Below, piece by piece: positions 27,118 through 35,123 of a stretch of 64,000 nt of DNA. Numbering within the stretch: position 1 is the first letter of the stretch; the number at the start of each line of letters is the position of its first letter. A program made the position numbers and the translations under genes. Under the pieces are notes generated by a model that saw only the letters and a program-made list of their open reading frames with translations, had not been told where the DNA came from and ran no database searches. This stretch comes from Chloroflexota bacterium. GTDB taxonomy: Bacteria; Chloroflexota; UBA11872; UBA12225; JAJDUF01. The stretch lies in assembly GCA_965214295.1 (NCBI GenBank), contig OZ243944.1:917099-981098 (forward strand), given 5' to 3'.

Positions 27118-27981
27118 ATGAATGCGGGAGCACAACGGGTGCGGGAGCTGCTAGCGGCGCCGGGGATTATCGTCTTGCCAGGATCATACGACGCCGTCTC
27201 TGCGCGGTTGATGGAGCACGCCGGCTTCGACGTCGTCTTCACGTCCGGCTATAGCCTGGCCGCCTCGACCCTGGGGATGCCGGACATCGGTCTGCTGACC
27301 GCTTCGGAAGTGCTGGATCGTGTTCGCAACATCGCCGCCGCGGTGTCTATTCCGGTCATTGCGGACATGGACACGGGCTACGGCAACCCCCTCAACGTCG
27401 TGCGGACGGTGCGCGAATGTGTCGCGGCCGGCGTTGCCGGGATCATCTTGGAAGATCAGGAGTGGCCGAAGAAGTGCGGCCATATGGAAGGCAAGCGGGT
27501 TATCCCCCGCGATGAGCATGTGCAGAAGATACGCGCGGCCGTGGCGGCGCGCGGCGACTCCGGGCTGGTGCTGATCGGCCGCACCGACGCCCGCGCCGTC
27601 GTCGGCCTGGACGACGCGATAGAGCGAGGGAAGGCGTATCGCGATGCCGGCGCCGATATTGTCTTTGTCGAGGCGCCGCAATCGCTGGAGGAGCTGCAGG
27701 CCATCGCGCGGGCCATTCCCGATGCACCGCTGTTCGCCAACATGATCGAGGGCGGGGTCACTCCCGTGCTGACGGCCACCGAGCTGCAAGAGCTGGGGTT
27801 CAAGATGGTGGTCTTCCCGCTCTCCCCGCTTTACGCTGCCGCGGCCGCTGTGCAGGAGGTGGCAAAGCGCCTCAAGACCACCGGCACCACCGCCGGCAGC
27901 ACGCTCCTCCCGTTCGGTGCCTTCAACGAGATCGTGGACGTGCCGGGTTGGCGCGAGCTGGAGCAGGAATACGTAGCCTAA
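27118..27981 (+). CDS. isocitrate lyase/PEP mutase family protein (methylisocitrate lyase / carboxy-PEP mutase-like)
   Basis: GGAGGAGG before ATG 27118. VLPGSYDAVSARL...FTSGY...DTGYGN...EDQ..PKKCGH pattern. Confidence 0.85.
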   Translation: MNAGAQRVRELLAAPGIIVLPGSYDAVSARLMEHAGFDVVFTSGYSLAASTLGMPDIGLLTASEVLDRVRNIAAAVSIPVIADMDTGYGNPLNVVRTVRECVAAGVAGIILEDQEWPKKCGHMEGKRVIPRDEHVQKIRAAVAARGDSGLVLIGRTDARAVVGLDDAIERGKAYRDAGADIVFVEAPQSLEELQAIARAIPDAPLFANMIEGGVTPVLTATELQELGFKMVVFPLSPLYAAAAAVQEVAKRLKTTGTTAGSTLLPFGAFNEIVDVPGWRELEQEYVA

Positions 27982-28961
27982 CGTCCAATGGGAGAAGGTG
28001 CCGCCGCGAGCCGCTCCAGCCAGTAGTGGTAGAGGTCGCGGAGCGTCTCGGCCAGGGTGTAGCGGGGCTGCCAGCCGGTCAGCGCGCGGAAGCGGGTAGC
28101 ATCGCACACGATATGGGGCACGCTGCCGGACTGCTGCCGGGCCGGGTCGGGGCACACTTCCACTTGGCCGGTCAGGCCGCCGGCCGCGATCAGCATGTCC
28201 AGCAGGACGCCGATCCGCACACCCTGGCCGGAGCCGAGATTATAGACCGCGCCGCACTCGCCGCGTTCGAGGGCCAAGACGTAGGCCGACACCATGTCCC
28301 GCACGTCGGTAAAGTCCACTACCGGCGTGAGGTTGCCGACCATGACCCGCGGCGGCCGTTGACCTAGCTTGATCGCGGCCAACTGGCGCGCAAAGGCCGA
28401 GGCGACGAACGCCTCCAACTGACCAGGGCCGGTGTGGTTGAAGGGTCGCACGCGCACGACGTGACACTGCCGGCCGACGGCGAAATGGTAGCCCAGCATG
28501 TCCTGGGCCACCTTCGTCACGCCATAGAGGTCGAGCGGCGCCAGGTCGGCCGACTCGTCGGTGCGCTGTGCCCCCGGTGGGCCAGCGCCATACTCCTTGC
28601 ACGAGCCGATGACCAAGACGCTGGCCCGATTGCCGGCAGCCATGACTGCTTCGAGTACGTGGAGCTGGCCGTGGACATTGGCCGCCAGGATGCCGGTGGG
28701 ATCGGCGTGGGCGGTTGCCGGATTGCTCCAGCCAGCGAGGTGATACACCGCATCGGGCTGCGCTGTCTGCACCGCCGCGATGACCGCCGCCCGATCAGTG
28801 ATATCGGCCGTACAGAGCCGCACCGCCGCCGGCAACGGCGGACCAACGGGCGACGTGCGCGGCCGGTCCAGCCCCCAGACTTCGTTGCGCGTGTCCTGGA
28901 GGCAGTACGCAGCCAGATGCCGCCCGACAAAGCCGCGGACGCCGGTAATTAGGATTCGCAT
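27978..28961 (-). CDS. NAD-dependent epimerase/dehydratase (SDR)
   Basis: MRILITGVRGFVGRHL Rossmann motif. 327 aa extended SDR. YxxxK as YGVTK. Confidence 0.88.
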   Translation of the reverse strand: MRILITGVRGFVGRHLAAYCLQDTRNEVWGLDRPRTSPVGPPLPAAVRLCTADITDRAAVIAAVQTAQPDAVYHLAGWSNPATAHADPTGILAANVHGQLHVLEAVMAAGNRASVLVIGSCKEYGAGPPGAQRTDESADLAPLDLYGVTKVAQDMLGYHFAVGRQCHVVRVRPFNHTGPGQLEAFVASAFARQLAAIKLGQRPPRVMVGNLTPVVDFTDVRDMVSAYVLALERGECGAVYNLGSGQGVRIGVLLDMLIAAGGLTGQVEVCPDPARQQSGSVPHIVCDATRFRALTGWQPRYTLAETLRDLYHYWLERLAAAPSPIGR

Positions 28962-29136
28962 TGTTGCTGGCTGCCGGCCTCAGCCCCGGCCGCTCCCCGG
29001 TGCCGGTGGCCGGGTGGGGACACGGGTGCGGGTTATTATCGCCGCAGCCCTCAGTGCTACGCAAGCCGGGCGGGAGTCGCGGGTAGCCGGCATGACGACA
29101 CCAACGCTGCACAATCCGCTGGACATATGTGGCAAG

Positions 29137-30417
29137 TCAGGGACGGATCACGGTGCCGTCAACGCGCCGGACGGGTGCCCAGGAGCCGTTGAGGGGATCG
29201 GCCGGAGCCGCACGGGCGGTGCCAGGTGTGGTGCGGCTCCGGCCGGTCAGGGGATGATCAGGGAACGGGAAGCGCCCCGCCAGCGCCTCGTCAACGTCCA
29301 CGCCCAACCCGGGCCGGTCGCTAGGCCACATGTAGCCGTCGCGGATTTCGGGACAGCCGGGGAACACCTCCTGGGTGTTCGCGCCAAAGACGTGCTGCTC
29401 CTGGATACCGAAGTTCCAAACCGCCACGTCCAACTGGAGATTGGCGGCGTGACCCACCGGGGAGACGTCTCCCGGCCCGTGCCAGGCGGTACGCACACCA
29501 AAGAACTCGCACATGGCCGCCAGCTTGCGGGCCATGGAGAGGCCGCCAATCGTCGAGACGTGGACACGAATGAAGTCTATGAGGCGGTCGCGGATGAGGG
29601 GCACGTACTCGGCCTGATTGACGAACAGCTCGCCCATGGCAATCGGTGTACTGCACTGGGCGCGGATCATGCGGAAATACTCGTTGTCCTCGGGCGCCAG
29701 TGCATCTTCGAGGAAGAAGAGCTTGTACGGCTCCAACTCCTTCGCCAAGCCCACCGCCTGGATGGGCGGGATGCGCTCGTGAACGTCGTGCAGCAGCTCC
29801 ACTTCGTCGCCGAGCTGTTCCCGTAGGTACGCGAATAGCTGTGGCACCCGCCGGCAATAGGGCGTCGGCTCCCACGCCGCTGGCACATTGCCGCTGGTGC
29901 CGTAGGTGGAGAGGCCGGGGACGGCGACCTGGCAGCGCACGTAGCGGTAGCCTTGTGCCATGTAGGCGCGCACCTGGTCCGCCACTTCCTGGAAGTCGCG
30001 GCCGGAGGCATGGGCGTAGAGCGGCACCCGGTCGCGGCACTGGCCGCCGAGGAGCTGGTACACCGGCATACCGGCCCGCTTCCCTTTGATGTCCCAGAGC
30101 GCCTAGTCCACGCCGGAGAGGGCGTTGTTCAGGACGGGGCCGCTGCGCCAGTAGCTACTGACGTAGCCGGACTGATAGATGTCCTCGATGTCGTCGGGAT
30201 TGCGGCCCAGCAGGAACGGCCGGAGATAGTCCTGCACGGCCGCAACGACGGCAAGGGGACGCTGGGTGAACGTCGCGCAGCCCAGGCCGTACAGCCCCGG
30301 CTCATTGGTCTCGACCTTGACGACCACCAGCCGGATACCGTCCGGCGCCGTGCAGAGCGCCTTGACGTCGGTAATCCGTAGATCGGGTAATCCGCCGCGT
30401 ACTCCGTGCTCGACCAT
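29137..30417 (-). pseudogene. enolase-superfamily D-mannonate dehydratase (ManD/RspA-like) interrupted by an in-frame TAG at 30103..30105
   Basis: ORFs 30103..30528 and 29137..30069 are colinear in one frame: ...[28 protein letters not shown]. The stop replaces the Met of the conserved VDMALWD motif. Confidence 0.8.
29200..29244. repeat. E-type hairpin element inside the ManD-like coding sequence
   Basis: GGCCGGAGCCGCAC-gggcggtgccaggtgtg-GTGCGGCTCCGGCC. Translated in frame (minus strand) as GRSRTTPGTARAAPA. Confidence 0.85.
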
Positions 30418-30513
30418 CGATGCCGCTCCTTTATCAATGCACGTGATTTTACAGGTTATAAATCTGCGCTGCTCGTGCTCCCAGACGGCTCCGCGCGACA
30501 TTTCGGGCAAAAA

Positions 30514-30553
30514 ACTAGGGTTTTCCACAGGTCAAGACTAGGGTTTTCCACAG
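30514..30553. promoter_or_regulatory. 17-bp perfect direct repeat x2 in the divergent intergenic region (candidate operator)
   Basis: ACTAGGGTTTTCCACAG at 30514-30530 and 30537-30553, spaced 6 bp. Lies between the ManD-like gene (minus) and 30720 (plus). Confidence 0.45.
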
Positions 30554-30719
30554 TGTTTTTCCAGCGCCGGGCAACTAGAGTCTATGTAGTACCTAGCCGG
30601 AGCGCGAGACATGGTTGTTGACCGCGGCGCCTCGCACAGCGACATCGAGCAGGTCCTGGGTGCTCCGGCAGGTAGCTGGTCGGGGAGGCGCGGTCGCTAG
30701 AGAGGAGGGAGACGGAAGG

Positions 30720-31328
30720 ATGAACATTGCGACAGTGCTGGGTGGTGGTCGAGCGTGGTTGGCGCGGCGGGTGGGCGCTTGGGGGTGGGCCGGCAGCGCC
30801 CAGCGACGGCCAGCGACCGGCCCACTGCACCCGCGTAGCCGGGCGTTTTGCTCCGTGCCCCTGGCCCTCGCGACGGTCGCGATTCTGCTGGGGATGGTCA
30901 GCGGGGTGGTCTACGCCGATACCGTAAGTGATGACGGCTGGGTGTATGCGAGCTCAACTGTTTGCGTGAAAGGCCGATCTGAACTTTCCCACGGTAGTGG
31001 TGGCGGTCGCACGGAGGGGGAAGTTCAATCGCGTTATCGGACACCCGTTATATCGTGGGACTGTCAGACTTGGATCCACCGGCCGGTAGGCTACCTTAAG
31101 GTCAACGTCAAGTATTTGTACTGGACGGAGGATCGGTGGAAGGAGTGTGGTGGCACCGGCTGGCAATACAACACCAGCGGCTCTGCTTGGAAAATGAAGG
31201 TTGTACGTAGTTACGGCTCCACACCGGACTGCGGGAGTGGCTACTACGGTACGGACACGGGAGCCTACGTCAATAATGGGGGATGGCATGGAGGTTGGGT
31301 CTGGTCCGGCCAGCTCTATCTCTCGTGA
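30720..31328 (+). CDS. hypothetical secreted/membrane-anchored Cys- and Trp-rich protein
   Basis: GAGGAGGGAG before ATG 30720. One TM/signal anchor (VPLALATVAILLGMVSGVVYA). 4 Cys, many Trp/Gly/Tyr. Lower GC. No family recognised. Confidence 0.6.
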   Translation: MNIATVLGGGRAWLARRVGAWGWAGSAQRRPATGPLHPRSRAFCSVPLALATVAILLGMVSGVVYADTVSDDGWVYASSTVCVKGRSELSHGSGGGRTEGEVQSRYRTPVISWDCQTWIHRPVGYLKVNVKYLYWTEDRWKECGGTGWQYNTSGSAWKMKVVRSYGSTPDCGSGYYGTDTGAYVNNGGWHGGWVWSGQLYLS

Positions 31329-31379
31329 GCGCGGACCGGCGTTGAGTGCAGCATGGCTCAGGAAAAGGAGGCCATAGTG

Positions 31380-31883
31380 ATGGGAGCGCACATGGTGATC
31401 AAGAGACTGGTGTTGTTCGGAGTCGTCTGGCTGGTGAGCGCTGTCGTGACGGTCGGAGTGCTGACCGTGGCGGCGGGGGATTCGGAGGCGGACGCACCGC
31501 CGCCCGATCCCCCGTGGGTCCGGGCGGATGGCACTGTTGACATGTCCAAGATGCCCGATATATGGGAAGTTGCCGGCTCTAAGGGAGAGACTATCGGGTG
31601 GGCCTATTCACCGAAAACTCCAGACTTGGTTCCCTCGCAAGCGCTCTCCGACCATGTTGGAAAGGTCATCGAGAGTGGCCCAGAGCGAGTGGTGATCCAG
31701 GTGGGGCCGGGTGTCACAAGGACCATAGAGAAGGGGGTAGAGACGTTGGTGATCGAGGAGGGAGCGACCGGCTCTGTCGGGGGCCGTCATCCGATCTTTA
31801 GCACGCGCGAAGAAGCGGAACGCTACCGGGACTCGCTGCTGGCCTCAGGCTCCGGCGGTGCCCCGGTGAATGTCAATGATTAG
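31380..31883 (+). CDS. membrane-anchored protein, tandem paralog 1 of 3 (unknown family)
   Basis: AAGGAGG before ATG 31380. N-terminus MGAHMVIKRLVLFGVVWLVSAVVTVGVLTVAAG and C-terminus HPIFSTREEAERYRDSLL..GGAPVNVND are shared with paralogs. Confidence 0.7.
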   Translation: MGAHMVIKRLVLFGVVWLVSAVVTVGVLTVAAGDSEADAPPPDPPWVRADGTVDMSKMPDIWEVAGSKGETIGWAYSPKTPDLVPSQALSDHVGKVIESGPERVVIQVGPGVTRTIEKGVETLVIEEGATGSVGGRHPIFSTREEAERYRDSLLASGSGGAPVNVND

Positions 31884-31915
31884 CGGCTCCCCGACCCGGT
31901 GAGCGGCGGCGCGCG

Positions 31916-31962
31916 GGGCTGCATTGGTGTTCGGAACTTGCTTCGGAATGCCAATGCAGTCC
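31916..31962 (+). promoter_or_regulatory. conserved inter-cistronic stem-loop, copy 1 of 3 (others 32448..32494 and 33013..33059)
   Basis: GGGCTGCATTGG-N23-CCAATGCAGTCC. The loop carries a TTCGGAA direct repeat. Substitutions in copies 2 and 3 keep pairing as G-U on the plus-strand RNA. Confidence 0.5.
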
Positions 31963-31986
31963 GGCGCTTTGTAGGGGGCTATAGCG

Positions 31987-32415
31987 ATGGGAGCGCGAAT
32001 GGTGATCAAGCGAGTGGTAGTGTTCGGAGTCGTCTGGCTGGTGAGCGCTGTCGTGACGGTCGGAGTGCTGACCGTGGCGGCAGGGGTTTCGGAGGCGGAC
32101 ACCCCGCCGCCCGATCCCCCGTGGGTCCGGGGGGATAGCATATGGCCGGTTGCCGGCCCTGAGGGGCGGCAAATTGGGTGGGTCTATCATCCGCCCATTG
32201 ATCTGTCATCCCCGCCGCCCTCGGAACTACCAGCCGACCCCGAGCATAGCAGAAGGATCTTCGATGACCAGGGAGGGGAGACGTTGGTGATCGAGGACGG
32301 ACCGGAGGACCGTCATCACGTGGGACCGATCTTCAGCACCCGCGAGGAAGCGGAACGCTACCGCGACTCGCTGTTGGACGGCTCCGGCGGTGCCCCGGTG
32401 AATGTCAACGATTAG
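31987..32415 (+). CDS. membrane-anchored protein, tandem paralog 2 of 3
   Basis: Near-identical N- and C-terminal ~35-45 aa to paralogs 1 and 3. Divergent, shorter centre. Confidence 0.7.
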   Translation: MGARMVIKRVVVFGVVWLVSAVVTVGVLTVAAGVSEADTPPPDPPWVRGDSIWPVAGPEGRQIGWVYHPPIDLSSPPPSELPADPEHSRRIFDDQGGETLVIEDGPEDRHHVGPIFSTREEAERYRDSLLDGSGGAPVNVND

Positions 32416-32518
32416 CGGCGCTCCGGCCCGGTGAGCGGCAGCGCGAGGGGCTGCATTGGTGTTCGGAACTTGTTTCGGAATGCCAGTGCAGTCCCGCGCT
32501 TTGTAGGGGGCTACAGCG

Positions 32519-32980
32519 ATGGGAGCGCGAATGGTGATCAAGCGAGTGGTAGTGTTCGGAGTCGTCTGGCTGGTGAGCTTTGCCGTTACGGTCGGGGTGC
32601 TGACCGTGGCGGCGGGGGATTCGGAGGCGAACTCACTGCCCCCGCCCCCGCCGGGGGTCCGGGCGGACGGCAGTGTCGACGAGTCCAAGTTGCCCAACAT
32701 AGTACCCGTTGGTGGCCCTGGGGGGCGGCAACTTGGGTGGACCTATGAATCGTGGGGTCCGGACTCGTTTCCCGCGGAACCGCTTGCCGACTCCGAGCAT
32801 AGCAGAAGGATCTTCGATGACCAGGGAGAGACGTTGGTGATCGAGGGAGGAGCGACCGGCTTTGTCGGGGGCGTGTACGATCATCCGATCTTCAGCACGC
32901 GCGAGGAAGCGGAACGCTACCGGGACTCGCTGTTGGCCGGCTCCGGCTCCGGCGGTGCCCCGGTGAATGTCAACGATTAG
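32519..32980 (+). CDS. membrane-anchored protein, tandem paralog 3 of 3
   Basis: Same conserved ends. The centre is partly like paralog 1 (ADGSVDESKLPNI) and partly like paralog 2 (SEHSRRIFDDQGETLVIE). Confidence 0.7.
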   Translation: MGARMVIKRVVVFGVVWLVSFAVTVGVLTVAAGDSEANSLPPPPPGVRADGSVDESKLPNIVPVGGPGGRQLGWTYESWGPDSFPAEPLADSEHSRRIFDDQGETLVIEGGATGFVGGVYDHPIFSTREEAERYRDSLLAGSGSGGAPVNVND

Positions 32981-33147
32981 CGGCGCTCCGGCCCGGTGAG
33001 CGGCGGCGCGCGGGGCTGCATTGGTGTTCGGAACTTGCTTCGGAATGCTAATGCAGTCCGGCGCTTTGTAGTGGGCCGGCCGATAGCGGAGCTTGGTATG
33101 CAGCCAGCCAGCCGGAGGGCAGTGAGGGCTGGGAGAGGGAGGTTGCA

Positions 33148-33594
33148 ATGGGGACTCGGCGCCGGAAGTTGTGGGGATGGGCAGCAGTCGTCTTTAGTGC
33201 GGTCTTACTTGGCGTGATCATGGGGGTGGGAGTGTTCTGGTGGGATGAAATAGTGAATAATTACGATATCTATGGCATCTATCTGTATGTGCGGTTTGTG
33301 CTTCTTATAATGTTTGCTATAGGAAATTGGTTTGCTCATGTGGTGGTGGTGCTCGGATTTTACTTTCTACCTAGTCTCATCGTCGGTGTACGGCAGGTCA
33401 GAGCGGTGCCAATATCCCAAACACGCGACTTCCTCATCAGGCTCGTAGTCGGCATATGGCAGGGAGGCGGTACACCCGGTTGGAGAACCGTATTTCTGAT
33501 CAACATCTTCTTGGGGTGGACGGTGATCGGCTGGTTTGTGGCCTTGCTGATGGCGTTTGCGCGGGAGGATCGCGTGACTCAGACGAGGGAATGA
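33148..33594 (+). CDS. superinfection-immunity (Imm, PF14373-like) family membrane protein with extra N-terminal TM region
   Basis: GGGAGG before ATG. FYFLPSLIVGVRQ...NIFLGWTVIGWFVALLMAF matches the YFLPSxIA...LLGWTxxGWxxALxWA signature. Confidence 0.7.
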   Translation: MGTRRRKLWGWAAVVFSAVLLGVIMGVGVFWWDEIVNNYDIYGIYLYVRFVLLIMFAIGNWFAHVVVVLGFYFLPSLIVGVRQVRAVPISQTRDFLIRLVVGIWQGGGTPGWRTVFLINIFLGWTVIGWFVALLMAFAREDRVTQTRE

Positions 33595-33618
33595 ACCGGG
33601 ATAGAAACGAGCGAGGCA

Positions 33619-33870
33619 ATGGGGTTTATTCCGAGCGGTCCCGAGGTGTGGTTTGTGCTGCCGCTTTTGTTCGTTCAGGTGGTGGTGTTTCTCGGGCTTT
33701 ACTTCCTCCCCAGCATCATAGTCGGTGTACGGAAGGTGAGTGGTGGTACAAATCGTTGGATGACTGTATGCCTAGTCAACCTATTCTTGGGTTGGACGGT
33801 GATCGGTTGGTTTGTGGCCCTGTTGATGGCGTTTGCGCGGGAGGATCGCGCCACTCAGACGCGGGAATGA
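33619..33870 (+). CDS. superinfection-immunity (Imm, PF14373-like) family membrane protein
   Basis: 83 aa. LYFLPSIIVGVRK...NLFLGWTVIGWFVALLMAFAREDRATQTRE. C-terminus nearly identical to 33148..33594. Confidence 0.72.
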   Translation: MGFIPSGPEVWFVLPLLFVQVVVFLGLYFLPSIIVGVRKVSGGTNRWMTVCLVNLFLGWTVIGWFVALLMAFAREDRATQTRE

Positions 33871-34078
33871 CGTACGGCAGATGAGCATAGGAATGACTGC
33901 ACCGGTGGATTCCCGCATGCGCGGGAATGACGACTTTGGCAAAGGTCTCCTGGCGCGGAAAACATGGCGCTTTGCCAGGGACTCCTATGGCCCCCCGCGG
34001 CGGGGGGACGGGCGCAGCGTGCTGCGCCCCTACGGCTTGGCTCGTCCCTACCACAGTCGGCGGGACGGAGGGCAGCGG

Positions 34079-34981
34079 TCAGCCCTTGGCGGCGGTAGAC
34101 TCGGCCGGCTCGGTCGTGTTGGCGAATCCGAACAGGCGGGCCGGTGTTTCCCAGAGAATCTGCCGGCGCTCGTCCGGCGTCAGGGGTAGCTCCTGCTCGA
34201 CGTAACGCAGGGCCGCCGCCAGTGGGACGAGCCGGGCGCTGCGGGGATACCCGGTGCCCCAGAGCAGCCGCGCCGCTCCAAAGCGGTCGGCCAGCAAGCG
34301 CACGAAAGGCCACGTGTCCGCCCACGGGAAGGCTTGCTCACTGGCGATCTGATAATCACCGATCTTGGCGTAGACGTGCGGGTAGTCGGCGAGGCGCAAC
34401 ACCGGGGCGAAACTAGGATACGGCGGCACCTCGGTCACGTCAGGCTTGCCGATGTGGTCCACGATCACCCGCACTTGCGGATGGCGCTCGATCATGCGGG
34501 CCAACGCCGGGGCGTGCTGCGGCAGCATATGGAACTGGAGGATCGCGCCGGTGGTGGCGGCCGCCGCCCAGAGGTCGTCGTGCTCCGGCGCGTCCACCCA
34601 CCAGGCGCCGCGCGGCTCGCGGTCGTAGTAGAGCGGGTGAAAACGGAAACCGGCCAGTCCTTGCGCCATCCACCGCTCCAGGTCGCGCGCGTTATCGGGA
34701 CTTTCCGGGTCCACGAGGCCGATAGCCCGAAACCGGCCGGGGTACCGTTCCAGGCACTCGACCAGATAGGTATTGTTCCAGCCGAACGCGCTGCTCTGCA
34801 CCAAGACGCAATGGGCGACATGGTACTCCGCCATATCCTGCAGCAGCCACTCCACCGGCGCCGCGGCCGTGGGGGGGGACAGCTTGGCATCGGCGGCGGG
34901 TTGGTGGCCCGGCGCATCGTCCAACGGCCACACGTGGACGTGGGTGTCTATCACCTGACGCTCCGAACTGTCACTCCCCAT
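34079..34981 (-). CDS. amidohydrolase-2 family metal-dependent hydrolase
   Basis: VIDTHVHVW N-terminal metal motif. 300 aa TIM-barrel hydrolase pattern. Confidence 0.85.
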   Translation of the reverse strand: MGSDSSERQVIDTHVHVWPLDDAPGHQPAADAKLSPPTAAAPVEWLLQDMAEYHVAHCVLVQSSAFGWNNTYLVECLERYPGRFRAIGLVDPESPDNARDLERWMAQGLAGFRFHPLYYDREPRGAWWVDAPEHDDLWAAAATTGAILQFHMLPQHAPALARMIERHPQVRVIVDHIGKPDVTEVPPYPSFAPVLRLADYPHVYAKIGDYQIASEQAFPWADTWPFVRLLADRFGAARLLWGTGYPRSARLVPLAAALRYVEQELPLTPDERRQILWETPARLFGFANTTEPAESTAAKG

Positions 34982-35123
34982 GCCTTACTCCACTGTGCTT
35001 GCTCCGCAACGGCGACGAAACGCTATGCTACTCGTGGGTAGTGAATCGGTGCCATCGTCATTTCGGCGAAAGCCAGAATCCATCGAATAGTACACCGGAG
35101 CCGCGCGTTAGTCACTCGGCCGG

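Larger units (their letters stand above)
31380..33083 (+). repeat. tandem triplication: gene plus 103-bp spacer units of 607, 532 and ~565 bp
   Basis: Unit starts at 31380, 31987 and 32519. Conserved 5' ~135 nt and 3' ~100 nt of each gene. Near-identical spacers at 31884-31986, 32416-32518 and 32981-33083. Confidence 0.85.

Noticed and set aside
28780-29826. 348-aa plus-strand ORF; similarly 27184..28155 (-), 19325..20356 (-), 11644..12459 (-), 11991..12653 (-), 1009..1578 (-) and 63278..64000 (-)
   Set aside because: All lie antisense to, or out of frame with, genes that have clear family signatures (ManD-like, PEP mutase, hisB, ctaA/B, ctaD, the 62336 ORF). Their Arg/Gly/Pro-rich translations are typical of high-GC shadow ORFs.
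31380-33083. Regular repeat-spacer-like periodicity that could be mistaken for a CRISPR array
   Set aside because: Units are 530-610 bp, each is a full protein-coding gene with an RBS, and the conserved 103-bp segment is far longer than a CRISPR repeat. No cas genes are present. It is a tandem gene triplication.
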